Shown: positions 25,970 through 37,905 of the stretch, piece by piece
Layout of the letters: each line of letters begins with the position of its first letter
Position numbering within the stretch: position 1 is the first letter of the stretch
Source of the DNA: Vicugna vicugna
Taxonomy: Eukaryota
Direction: 5' to 3'
NCBI GenBank assembly: GCA_013265495.1
Contig: MU058584.1
Coordinates: forward strand, 3,786,508 to 3,850,507
DNA length: 64,000 nt
Program-made: the position numbers and the translations under genes
The notes under the pieces: generated by a model
The model's input: the letters and a program-made list of their open reading frames with translations, nothing else
What the model was told of the DNA's origin: nothing
Database searches by the model: none

Positions 25970-27690
25970 ACAAAATCAAAACTCAATATTGTTAAGATGT
26001 CAGTTCTCCCCAACTTGATCTATTGATTCAGTGAAATCCTAACCAGAGTTATAACTACTTATTTTATAAATGTGAAAGTTGATTCTCAAGTTTATATGAA
26101 AAGCAAAGGATCTAGAATAGCCAGAACAGTCTTGAAGAAGAACTAAGAGGACCCTGATTTCAAGGCTTACAATAAATCTGTAGTCATCAAGGCAAAGCAG
26201 TATTGGCAAAAAGGCAGACCAGTAGACCGATGGGAAAGAAGAGAGTCTAGAAACAGACCTACACATATATATGGTCGATTGATTTTTTGCAAAGGTACCC
26301 AAGCAAAGGGGGAAGGAAAAGTCTTTTCAATAAGTAGTTTCAGAACAACTGGATAAACATTTCCACAAACATAAACTTCAACTCCTACCTCATAACACAA
26401 ATATTAATATGAGATGAATCAAATGTCTAACTGGAAAGCTGAAACTACAATGCTTCTAGACGAAATATACTAGAAGATATTCATTAGCAAGTTAGGCTCC
26501 CAAACAGCGAAGTCAGAGGATAGGCAGCTGTTAGAAGTAATCTACAAGGGAGAGAGTCCAATGACAGTGAAGGGAGATTGGTCACATACAGGGAAATGGA
26601 TCAAATAAGGAAATAAATGAAAGAAAGTGGGAGTCTGATTTTTTAACTCCTGGAGGTGGAATATACTGATACAGAAAGGGGGAAAACTCGAATGGACCAT
26701 GTGGTATGTTGGATTGGAATTGGAGGCGTTGGTGTGAACTGATGGTCTTCAATATAGAGAGATGAATGTAGAAATAAACATAGAGGTAAAGTACAGGATA
26801 GTGTGTGTGTGGAAGAAATATATGTATTTAATTCACTGGATCTCTCCACTGCTGAGAGGGGCTCCAACTGCCAAATCTGGGACAATATGAATGTCAAAAT
26901 AAATAGTGGTAGAAATGAGTCTTAACCCAATGGGTAAAATAGCAGGAATCCGTAGAGACTTAATAAGTTGATGAATAAATTAAACGTTTAATGAGAAATG
27001 GGATGTTTTCATAGTCTCTAAAAACCTCTCAACAGAATGCTTGTTAATTGCAATGGGAAAACAAGTCACCTTAGAGTGGAGAAACTTTGAAGACACTACC
27101 TTGATCCAGCGATCAAAGTTAACATCATCAGTAAGAGGAAAATTGAAATCCTCTGCCACCAGATAGGATGCAATGGGAAGAACACAGCTTCATTTCTGTG
27201 ATATTCTTGTCAAAGATGCATGAGTTTAATCACGAAGAAACATCAGACAAACCCAAACTGACAGGCATTCTACAAAGTAACTACATTGTAGTCATCAGAA
27301 GTGTCAAAGTCATGAAAATCAAGGAGACTGAGGAACTGTTCCAGACTGAAGGAGACTACATACACATGAAAAGTAAATGCAATGAGTAATTCTGAACTAA
27401 GTTCTTCTGGCCCAGTGAGCACTACTGTGAGAACTGGTGAAACTTGAATGTGATCCGAGGATATTCAGGCTGATCTCCTTATTTTGATGGCTGTGTTGTC
27501 ATTAGGCAGGAGAACATCCTTACAGGGAGAAAACACATATTAAACATACATATTTAGGGTGATTGTGTCCCTACATATTTAGGGACATTGTGTGGGCAAC
27601 TTATTCTCAAATGGCTCAGAAAACAGTCTTTTGTATTATAGTTACTTTTTTTTAGTAAGTTTGAGATTATTTCAAGAAAAATATTTTAAG
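25970..27690 (+). mobile_element. Old L1 (ORF2 fragment then L1MC-like 3' end)
   Basis: actcaatattgttaagatgtcagttctccccaacttgatcta and catcagacaaacccaaactgacaggcattctaca. Confidence 0.8.
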
Positions 27691-30478
27691 GGGAGTATTT
27701 TCTAGTGGAGGGTGCTATAGAATCACGCCACTTTCCTGCGCACGTTTGGCGAATACGTATGTGCCAGTGTCAGCCGCTCCCCGCCGTCTGCGGTGTGGCT
27801 GCGGGACCGGCCATCTGAGGAATCAATGCCCCATTTTCTGGAATTGGAAAGACATTGAACGGTGCCTGTTCTTTAGGTCTTCAAAATAGGGTATGAATAT
27901 TTCCAAGATTCCTTTTTTTTGGAATTTAGACTGGGTCACCTCTGAATGAGCTTTAACTCTTTTAGAAGGTAGAATAGGTCTCTCTCCATCCTTTAAGAAG
28001 GTGCAGGTGGTGGGTGGTGATGAATGAAGAAATTTAGTTCCTGGTGAAAACTGAATACTCCCAGTTGGTTATAGGTGAAGGCAGCTGTGTTGGCTACTCT
28101 TCATTTGCACTTCCCCCTTCCCCCCACATCCATCCTCTTTCCCTTTCTTCCTTACTTTGTACTCCAGGGGGCTGATTCCCATGGAGGATACAGCCTGATC
28201 CCTTGGGTTCTACCAGTGGGGGTGAACAGGATGGAAGAGCAGAAGGAGAAAGCAGCCATGATATTTCCTCTCCTGCCCACTCCCTGCACTGGTGCCACTG
28301 TTTCAGAATCCCCACGGATGACATGACACCTGGCTGTACACACTGCTAGAGAGGATGAGAGCTCCTAGAAGACAGCTAACTTCCCTTGTTCTGATTCCAT
28401 GCCCAGTAAGCAATGGAGGGCACCATGCCCATGGGATGAGAATGCCTGGGTCAGGTGGCCAGAAGACTGATCTACTTGACAGCTGTAAATAGCATATTGA
28501 TACTCTGTGTTTGTTCAAAATACTAAAATTCACTGTACCTGTTTCCTCATCTGCAAAATGGGAATAATAATAGGACTTGTAGAGTTGTGGTGAGGATTGT
28601 AAAATGTTATATGGAAAGTGCTTGAAACAGTGGCTGGCCCAGAGCACATGCTAACTGTTTGTTATTAGTATTGTACATCAGGTTCTGTGAAGTTGGTTAA
28701 TGTGACTCTGCCTTTGAAAGCCAATGCCCTGTCGGTGTGCACAACAGCAACTTAAGAACAAGACCCTGAAGAATGGCTAATTTTCCAAGGTATGTATTAC
28801 CAGGCAGGGATCTCTCTGGACAGCCAGATTCCTTCCTTGGGTGATAATATGCATGCCTGACCTTGCTATATGCCTTAATATTTGAAAGTGCCAGTGAGGA
28901 TTGTATGTAAAACTGTCTCAAGTGCCTAACAAGTGTCTAGTGCACAATCCTGCCTCAGCCAGTGGTAACCTTGGTCTCTCTTCTCAAGCACCGTAGTCTT
29001 TGAACCATCAGCTGGAAACCATGCATTAGGAAGAAATGCCTGACAGCCCAAGGAAACTGTATTGCTGGGCTAATTTTGACTGTAAGTAATCTGATTCTCA
29101 CTGAGTTTCTGGATTGAAATAAATTCAGCAGGAGCACGTCATCTTGCCAACTGACAATGTGATTTGGGGCCCAAGTCATAGAGACCTAACCTGGAGGACA
29201 GAAAGGTCAACACCACCCCCCCTCACCACTTGTAAAACTCCTCATTTTCCTTCAAGATGTGGCCCAAATGTCACCTCCTCTTTGAAGCCTTCCCAAACCT
29301 CTGAGGCTGAGTTACTCAGGTCGCCCCACTGCATTCTTGTGGCATCTTCACGTAATTATGTCCCCATCTGTCACCTTCATTAGACTGTAGCTCTTCCTGA
29401 CTAATAATGTCGCAGTGACCTTCACATCCCCTGCAGCCAGCACAGTGCTTGGCACCTAGTAGGTGTTCACAAAATATTTGTGACTGAGGTAACACAGTGG
29501 GTCCCGATTTCCCTTGTTTACTTACCCAAGCCTGGATCTGAGGTGGGTGAACCTTCCAAGCCCTTCCAGAGGCAGAGAGGTGAGCCAGGCCAGGACTAGG
29601 GGGAGGTGGCCGCCTCCCGTTCCACAAATGCTTCCAGAACACACTTGTCGAACCTTATACCATGAGGGCTGGAAGGCACCAAATTATCTAGAGGACCAGG
29701 AGATGGCCGTGGGCAGGATACTGTGACACTAAACATGTATTCACTCAACAAACATTTGTCAACTTTGTATCAACATGTGCCAGGCTCTAAGACTCAGTTG
29801 CTACCCTCACGAATCTTCCAGGGCTGGGCAGACACAGACCATGGTAATGATAGTCCCGTGGGACAGGTGCTGGGATGGGAGGGAGGATAGGGCACCCCAG
29901 GAAAGGACACGGAAGAGAAGACCTTGAACATGTGGCAGGAGAGACAGTGGCAGAGCTGAGCACTGACTGTCAAGCAAGTGGCTTGGGGAGAGGAGTCACC
30001 AGTTCTCTCCGACAGCTGGTACAGGGGGCTGCTTCCTGCCCTCTCTCAGGAGGGGTGCCATTGGGATACAACTGTCAAGAGCATCTTCAACCTCCTTGAA
30101 GCGTGTGCCCTGACTCCCGTCCCGCGTGGTCTTTGTGACACTGTGGGCACCTGGAATACCCTTCCATGACCAGGCATGACTCTTTCCTGTCCCCAGCAAC
30201 TGCGAGCGACACTGCCTGACCCTATGGTGGCCACAGGCAATGAGACCCACAGGATCTGACCTTCTACTCCCCTTGACCCTCTCTGTCACCTCGCCTCACC
30301 TCTCCTAGGAAGCCCAGGAGGCCCATGGTAAGTCGACACAAACCCATGAGACACAAGATTTATCCTGGTGTCAATAAAACCCACATTAAAAGAGAAATAA
30401 GAATTTCCACTGACTATTATTGCTGACACCATTTTGAATGAAGTAGAGAATTTAACAAAATATGTAAAATATATATTT

Positions 30479-30484
30479 TTTAAT
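30479..30484 (-). terminator. GPA33: Probable GPA33 polyadenylation signal (ATTAAA), implying a 3'UTR of about 1.5 kb (roughly 30460..31964)
   Basis: ATTAAA on the - strand in an AT-rich patch, with UGUA upstream. Distance from the stop fits the recalled human 3'UTR length. Confidence 0.6.
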
Positions 30485-31964
30485 CACAGATGGACAACAT
30501 ATTTACAGAACTGCTTTTCTGATCATCCAGGGGGGAAAAAAACCCCAACAGTGTTTGCTTACTAGGGAATTGCATTTGGGTAAGACTACCCACTGGGCTA
30601 CAAGACCCAAGCAGCCATGACATAGCCTGAGATGTTAAGAGCAGAGGAAATAGTCAACAGGGAAGAGGCCGTGGGAGGCGCAGGAAGACAGCCCAGCCAG
30701 CAAAGCAGAGCCAGCAGCCCAGCTGAGCCAGGAAGGAGCAGAACAAGGCAAGAATGAGGTATCAGGAAGCAGAGGTGGGCATGTCAGACACTCTGGCCTT
30801 GAGAGGAATCACAATGACATGAGAATCCAGGGCCAGCTGCAAACTAGCTCCCGTGTGTGTGCGCGCGCGCGCGTTTGTGTGTTCATTTAAACCATCTCCT
30901 ACTTAACTCAAGAAACTAGCAAGTGGGTTTGGGTGGGGGTCATCTTTGTGTTGCAATTCCAGCAGGGAGACCAGAGAGGGGAAGGCCGAGCCTATCAAAG
31001 CAGTTTCCCAAATTAAGCTGGATTGAGCACCAGCGAGGAGGGCTGTGGGCTGTGGGGGTGCCTGGGGAAAGCAGGGGAGGGGGGGTGAGGCCCAGGTCCT
31101 GTCCCCAGGAGCTCACACTATAACACAGGCAGAGAGACACGCTCAGAGAACTGTGCCATGTGGCCCGTGATGGGTGTGGGACGGAGTGACAAGATTCTCC
31201 ACAGACACGTGGGAGATTAGGATGGGGCCACAGAATTCGCTGGGATTTGAGACGGGCCTGGAGGGACAGGTAGGATTTGACCAGGCAGAGATGGAAACCG
31301 CAAGGGGGTTCCCAGCCAGACAAAGAAAGCAAAGCCCCGCGAGGGAGTATGCAGCGTGAAATGGGGTGACCCTTGCAGGGAGGGTCTGCCATGTTCAGCA
31401 AAGTTGTGGGAGATGGGACTGGAAAGGGAGCTTGAGGCCAGGCCAACATGGATCCAAAGCAAGGAGTTTGCCCTGAAGTTGGAGAAATAAAGGGACTCCT
31501 TTATGTGCTCATTGATTCATTCATTCCACAAAGATGTACCGGGTGCCAACCCTCTGCCAAGTGTTGTTCCCCTAGGTGCTGGGCACGCAGGCGGGCAGAG
31601 CAGCTCCCCGCTGGGGTGTTCAGGAGCCAGAGCACCCGTGCTCAGAGCTGCGCTTCTAGGGGTTCTGCCAGCTACAGGGGGAGGTGGAGGCTGCGAACAA
31701 GTCCAGGGTGAGGGCGGGGCCCTGAGCCGCTCCACAGTGGGAGGGTCCTTTCGCAGGGGAGGGCCCTTGGCAGGGTCCTGCACAAGTGAGAGCCCCTTGC
31801 CAGGCCAAGCCAAGTCCTCGAACAGCTGACCCTGGGGGAAAAGCATCCCAGCAATGGCTGGGACGAAGGGTCAGAAAAGTGGGGCTTGGAGAGGAGAGGG
31901 GGACAGGCAGGCAGGGGAATGAACCCCGAGTCCTCCCCTGACCCCAGCCTGCAGCAGGCCCCGG

Positions 31965-32112
31965 TCATCGGCCCTCCTGGTCAGACTCCCGGCCGGTGTC
32001 CCTCTGGTCTTCGTGCCTGTAGTCGTCCTCGTGCCTGTAGTCGTCCTCCTCTTCCTCTCCTCTGGAAAGCTCTGGCGGCTGCTCTGGCGGCTTGTGGTAG
32101 GCCACCCGGTCC
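31965..32112 (-). CDS. GPA33: GPA33 exon 7 coding part: DRVAYHKPPEQPPELSRGEEEEDDYRHEDDYRHEDQRDTGRESDQEGR*
   Basis: ctgcag|GGACCGG...CGATGA, 148 bp. Full CDS is 43+155+217+153+120+133+148 = 969 nt, open throughout. Confidence 0.93.
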
Positions 32113-32539
32113 CTGCAGACAGTGAGGACAGAGGGGAAGGGTTTGCCCGGACTCAGGCCTGAGGGAGCTGGGCCTAGTGCCCCCTGTGGGAAGAGCAGCC
32201 GTCAGACCCGCTGTCCCCACCCGTCCAGAGGCAAAGGGACACTGGGCTGAAGGGCTGGGCGCAGGGTGGGAGGAGGATGGCACAGGCTTGCTCTGCTCCT
32301 GAGCGGAGGGCTTCATGGGACCAGGCTGGCTCCCCTAGGCGAGGAGGGAGCGCCTGGGACAGAGGCGCCGCCCACAGCCGGCCCTGGGCCCCCACAGGGC
32401 GCCCTACCCTGGGATCAGGGACTGGTGAGCCACCGGCCTTGGTGGCAAGTCCTGGGTCTGCAAGGCCACTTTGGGATTTGGGTAAACCATTTGCTCTTTT
32501 CTCGGCTATAAAATGGGGCTGATAAAAATCACAGCTGCC

Positions 32540-33020
32540 GCCCGGGGGATGGTCAATGGACGAGGCGGTGAGGAGCCGGGGCTCGCCTTCCCTATCTGTT
32601 CAGGCCCCCGCCTGCAGGTGTCCCCGACACTCACCGCCGCGCCACCTCGGCGTCCTTGGCCTCGCTCCTCTCGCGGCAGCAGCAGCAGTAGACGATGACG
32701 CCGACGACGCTGAGGGCCGCAACCGCGCCGCCCGCGATGCCCGCGTACAGGGCCACGTTCATGGAGGCTGCCAGACACAGAGCTGCCGCCGTCAGAGCCC
32801 CAGCCCGAGTCCCCAGCGCGAGCCTGCAACACGCGCCGAGGCTCCGGGGTGGCGAGCACGCCGAGCACGCGGGGGATGAGGAACCACAGCAACCGGAGTC
32901 TCCGATGCCGGAGACGGTCCCGCCCAGGCTCTGAGCAGCCCCAGTCCTCCTCCCAGCCCAGAGGGCCGCGCTGCCGGCTCCTGGTAGCCCGCCATGAAAG
33001 GCCCGGTCCGCGGGAATGTG
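32540..33020. other. Intragenic CpG island over GPA33 exon 6 and flanking introns
   Basis: Very high GC, with about 22 CpG in the 133-bp exon alone. Confidence 0.85.
32635..32767 (-). CDS. GPA33: GPA33 exon 6: SMNVALYAGIAGGAVAALSVVGVIVYCCCCRERSEAKDAEVAR (transmembrane helix and CCCC palmitoylation cluster)
   Basis: ggcag|CCTCCATG...CGGCG|gtgagt, 133 bp. Confidence 0.96.
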
Positions 33021-33515
33021 ACCAGACCAGGCAGGGGGATACACTTCAGGATGGAGGCGCAGGCAGTGACAGATGGGCCAACAGATCTGGGCTACCCCAG
33101 CGCCATAAAAGTCCTTGGATGTCAGTCATGCCAGCTCTGACTCTAGCTCACCCCCCAGCTGGCCAGTGCATCCCACCCCAAAAAGATGGAGTGCAGACTC
33201 TGCAGCAGCCAGGCTTGGGCACTTCCCCAACGCCCACTGAGCGACACTAAGGGCAGACAGGACTAAGCAGGTCTCCAGAAACCAGTCTTCGGCGTTATTT
33301 CCAAAGAACCAAGGGAACTGGGCTAGCCTCCAGATGAGGGGAGCCTGGGGCAGAGGCATGTGGCCGTCACCTCAGCCACCCTGCCAGTGGGAGACCCTAA
33401 AGAGACTGCCCACGTCACCTTCATGGTGGTCCCTCTCAGCGGACTTTTGGATCCCCAGCCAGTCACCTTCTGGCCTTTGTCCCCTCTTCCTCCCTCCTTC
33501 CCCAACCGCTCTTAC

Positions 33516-33635
33516 GATATCTGACAGCCACGGTGATGTTGCAGGACTCTGTCCCCACCTCATTGCTGGAGGTGCAGATGTAGTAACCCGACATCTCTGT
33601 GGAGATGTTCTTCAGAGTGAAGGTCTGTCCTGTGA
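33516..33635 (-). CDS. GPA33: GPA33 exon 5: TGQTFTLKNISTEMSGYYICTSSNEVGTESCNITVAVRY
   Basis: cccag|TCACA...TATC|gtaaga, 120 bp. Confidence 0.96.
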
Positions 33636-33823
33636 CTGGGAAGGAAGACGGAGTAAATGTCCACCTCAAGGGCTGCAGGAGGATTAAACCAGGCAGGCTG
33701 CATGGCTCTGAAGTGCTCAACACTCCCATTCAGGCAGGCACCCTGGGTGTGAAGCCTGGTTCTGCCACTTAAGGATTTTGTGACCTTGGGTAGGGAATTT
33801 AGCATCATTGAACCTGTTTCTTT

Positions 33824-34068
33824 TTTTCTTTTTTAATTGAATTATAGTTGATTTACAATGTTGCGTTAGTTTCTAGAGTACAGCATAGCGATACAGTATA
33901 TATATATACTCTTTTTCATATTCTTTTTCATTATATGTTAGTACAGGATATTGGATACAGTGCCCTGTGCCGAAAAGTAGGAACATGTTGTGTCTCTATG
34001 TTATATATAGTAGTTTGTATCTGCTAATCACAAACTTATAGTCTATCCCTCCCCTACCCTTTCGCCTT
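33824..34068 (-). mobile_element. 5'-truncated artiodactyl/camelid L1 3' end, inserted into a MIR
   Basis: T tail, then ttatagttgatttacaatgttgcgttagtttct. TSD ctgtttcttt at 33814-33823 and 34069-34078. Confidence 0.85.
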
Positions 34069-34492
34069 CTGTTTCTTTATAAATAAAGCCGGTCAGGGTG
34101 AGGAGATGGGCCACTGCAGTGGGGTAGAAACAGCTGAGAGGGAGTCTAGATGCCTGAACTGCCAGTTAGATACAAGCACGGCCCTGAAATTGTCCTAATC
34201 TATAATATATATGGAGAAAATAAAATAATATAATAATACTGCCTGCCTCACAGAGTACTTGTGAACATAAAATAGGGTACTAGTAAATATAAGCCCACAA
34301 CTGAGTGCCTAAATGTATAGTAGGTGCTCAGGAAACATACATTATGTATCACATGGAAATGCTTTATCATTAGAAGATATGATTATAACCACTTTTATGA
34401 TCTTCAGAAACAGAATCCCTTAGCTTGGACCCATGTGAAAGAAGCCTTGAGAAATCAAGAACTCTGACTTCTGGATTTCTCTGCCATGAGTG

Positions 34493-34493
<1 letters not shown>

Positions 34494-34531
<38 letters not shown>
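34494..34531. repeat. (TG)19 microsatellite
   Basis: Read directly. Confidence 0.95.
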
Positions 34532-34532
<1 letters not shown>

Positions 34533-37500
34533 TGGAGAGAGGAGGAGGCAGGCTATCAGTCTAGTCTCTTCCACCTCCTTTTCCACCACTCTCATAAGTC
34601 ATTTGACTTCTTCCAGCCACAGCTACCTCACCTGGGAGTGGAAGTATAAGTACCTGGTGCCCCTGAGTTCAGGGCAATGGTCCAAATGTCCTCATGAAAA
34701 ACCTTCCTGCTAAATCTATGACCCTATGAATTCCTTCACCTTGAAAGAGAGAGCTTTGTGCTTGGACATATTTATATGCCCTGTCCTCAGAGAAGCTCGG
34801 GCATAACTACTATTTTGAGAGAAGAGTTAAGGGACCTTTGTCCTCTAACTTGCTGCAGAGCCAGCCTCCCCTTTTGTCACCAGGTGCTTACACTCCGTCC
34901 AGAGGAGATGCTCTAAATTGCAAATAGGATCCAGTCACTGCCCTGCTTAGACAGTTCAGAGGCAGCCCATCATCTTCAACAACAAGTCCAGGCTTCTTCA
35001 TACGGCCCCGAGGTTGCAGTGCTGGCCCTGGCTATCACTCCAGCTTGACCACTTGTCAGTTCCCCTGGTGTCCCACCTCCACTCTGTTGCAAGCTTGCAT
35101 CTCAGTGTGAATTTTTCTTGTCTGAATGCACTACTCAGTATATTTCCTCAAATGTAATGTCCTCTGATTCTTCCAGCAATCTTGTATGGTAGATGAAAGA
35201 TATATTTCGATCTCCAATGTCATAGAGGTAACTGGAGGCTTAGAGAAGTCAAGTGACTTGCCCAAGGTCACAAAATTAAGAAATGACCAAACAGTAATGA
35301 AAATTCTGTTTTAGGTTTAGAACTCCCTGGAGTAGTTAACAACTTTCGTTTTAAAAAATTATAAAAGCAATGGATGCTCATTACAAGAATTTATACATGA
35401 CATGAAACTATTACTTTAAATCAATCCAATCCAGAAAATCTTTATAGGCTCATCACATCAGCTCAAAACAAGGTAAAAAGTGTCTCCCTGTCCTCTTAGC
35501 GCTTCCGGGATATACAGGAAGCCAGACATGAAACAATGGTGATTACAGAGTGATGAGAGTTTAAAATGGAAGCACTATTTGCTTGAGCTCATCTGAAGGG
35601 TCAGGGAAAGCCTCTGTGAAGAGCAGAGAATAAAATAAAAATCATCTGTAATCTCACCAGCTGGAAATAACAGCACTGTGATTTGAGGTTTTTTATTTCC
35701 AGTCTTTTCGTGTACACTTTCTTCAGATTCTTCCCTCGACACCCAGCACACTCTTCTCTGGATACACATTCTCTGTAAAATGCTACCCCATCTATCCTAG
35801 AATTCCATTCCTTGGTGCTTGTTCTGGAGTACTGCTTACATGTGATACTGATACCTGGTACTGAGAAAGGGGTCCGTGACCAAAGCAAGTTGAGAAATCA
35901 CCGAGTTAGAGCTTCTGATGTGCTAGTGAGCCCCGGGCACCTCTGACAGGGGGTTACAGTGTTAATGGTCTCATTTTCTAAACCGATTGGGTTTTTTTAT
36001 TTTTGAGAGTCTTCTCGAAGGAACATACACTGGGAGATGCTCTGTGAGGTGGGGCTTTTTCCAGGGTTGTATAGCTCTTATCAGATCCCCACCATGTTAG
36101 AGTGTGAAACTCAGTCTATGTGTTAAGTGTACACAGCACGTGGCAGACAGATTGAGGTTTGGAAGACTTCAGATTCTCCCCAGGACCTTCCCGTTTGTCA
36201 GAGCCCAGCTGTGAGCTCCTGGCCTTGTTTAGGGTGGGGGAATGTGTGGCCTCCTAGACCAAAATCAGCACTAACCTTCCTCAGTTCCTCAAAACGAACA
36301 CTGGACATCAGAAGCTACTCTGGGATTAACCAGGGCACACTGATAGCCGCAAGATCTGCTTTGATTCTGATTTGGGGCTTCCAGGCCCCTTTTCCTCTTG
36401 GAAATGACCCTGAAATTTGGCTAAAAATGTTTCTGCTGCAGTGGCGACACCTTGTGGTCAAGCAGGAGAACGCATAGGATGGTAGGGCTCCCATTCCCTC
36501 TGCTCCAGTTGGGGAGAGGGTTCTTTCCAGAGAAGCCCTGATCTGCCAGAGACACCGATGTCAACTTGACAAGATTTCACTTCTCTGCCCCAAATCCACA
36601 CCCTGATCCCATGGTTTGTCAACAAACTCAGGCTGCCTTCAAGATCTTTCCCGGCTGCTTGGGAGCAGCGCCCATGCCCACCCTTCCTCCCCTAAAGTGC
36701 TCCAGCCCCCAGAATTACCCCTCCCTTCTTCCTTGAGATCCGGATTCCTGCTCCTTCAGTGCATGAAGTTCAGCTGACTGGGACAGGGCTTGCAAAGGAT
36801 GCTCCGAGCCATCACATTTGTGATCTCCTCTCACCCTCTTCACAGCCTTCAGGGAAGGCAATATAATGATCATCCGTTTTGCAGATGAAGATACTCGCAG
36901 TCAGAGAGGCTGTGAGTGACTTAAGCTACAAAGTAGAGAAGTCAGCACTCAAATCCTTGTTGGCTGAACCCAGATTCCTTGTTCTTTTTACTGCTGACTT
37001 GCTTCCATTCGTCTAAGTCAAAGGAAGCAATGTTTAGTGTTGGAAATTCTGTCTTCAGGTGTAGGAGGGCTGAGGAACCCTGCTCCCCAAATTGTCCACA
37101 GTGGACTGTTTTAATGTTTTAAAAGTCAGAAATGGCTTTGGACTGATCCACAGGGGAAGAAGACATGGTAGACTCTCTAGGGTTCCGTGAGCCTGGGCAG
37201 AGCCAAAGGGTTTGAGAACCACCCACACCCTGCACCACCAGCCAGATACAAGCCTGTGCTGTTATTACCATTAACCACGCTCTTTTCTGTCACTCCCAGG
37301 TCCCAGTTCTGACTCTGAGTAAATCTTAACTTGAGGCAGGATAAAGCTTTTCCAAAGTAACTAAGCAAATCTGTCTTTAACCTCTTTCACGCCTTCAGGC
37401 TTCTCCCTTTTTGGGTCACTGAAAAGCTAAACTCTGGCTTCTAACAAGCCAAGGAGTCTTTCCTGACGGAGGCGGGAGAGCTGTGAGCGGGGAGCCCGTT

Positions 37501-37689
37501 TGGGATGCTCTTCAGAAGCTGCCTGTGTCCCACAGAGCAGAGCCAGCCTCCCCAGCCTGTCGCACAGGCCCTGCATGGTCTCTCATTGGGGCTTTGCTTA
37601 CAGGGCACCTGCATGCATGGTCCTGTGCTGTTCCTACACCTAGCCTACTCATTCTTCAGGACCCAGCTCAGATAACGGCTAATGATTCC

Positions 37690-37905
37690 TAGCATTAATT
37701 GAGTGCTCACTATCTACCAGGCACTCATCTCAGTGCTTTACATGTACTTTTATTTAATCTTCACAAAATCCCTATGAGTCAATACTAGTTTTATGCTCAT
37801 TTTGTAGATGTAGAAATGAAGGAACAGAGAGGCTAAGTAACATGCCAAGGTCACACAGCTAACAAGTGACAGGGCCCATGCCATACTCCTAACCACTGTG
37901 CTCTC
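37690..37905 (-). mobile_element. MIR SINE
   Basis: agagaggctaagtaacatgccaaggtcacacagcta. Confidence 0.75.

Noticed and set aside
30373-30378. AATAAA on the + strand just past the GPA33 3' end
   Set aside because: Wrong strand for GPA33, and there is no sequence evidence for a convergent transcript ending here.
30923-33250. Many overlapping 60-170 aa ORFs
   Set aside because: A result of high GC content in the 3'UTR and CpG island. Only GPA33 exons 6 and 7 have splice and homology support.
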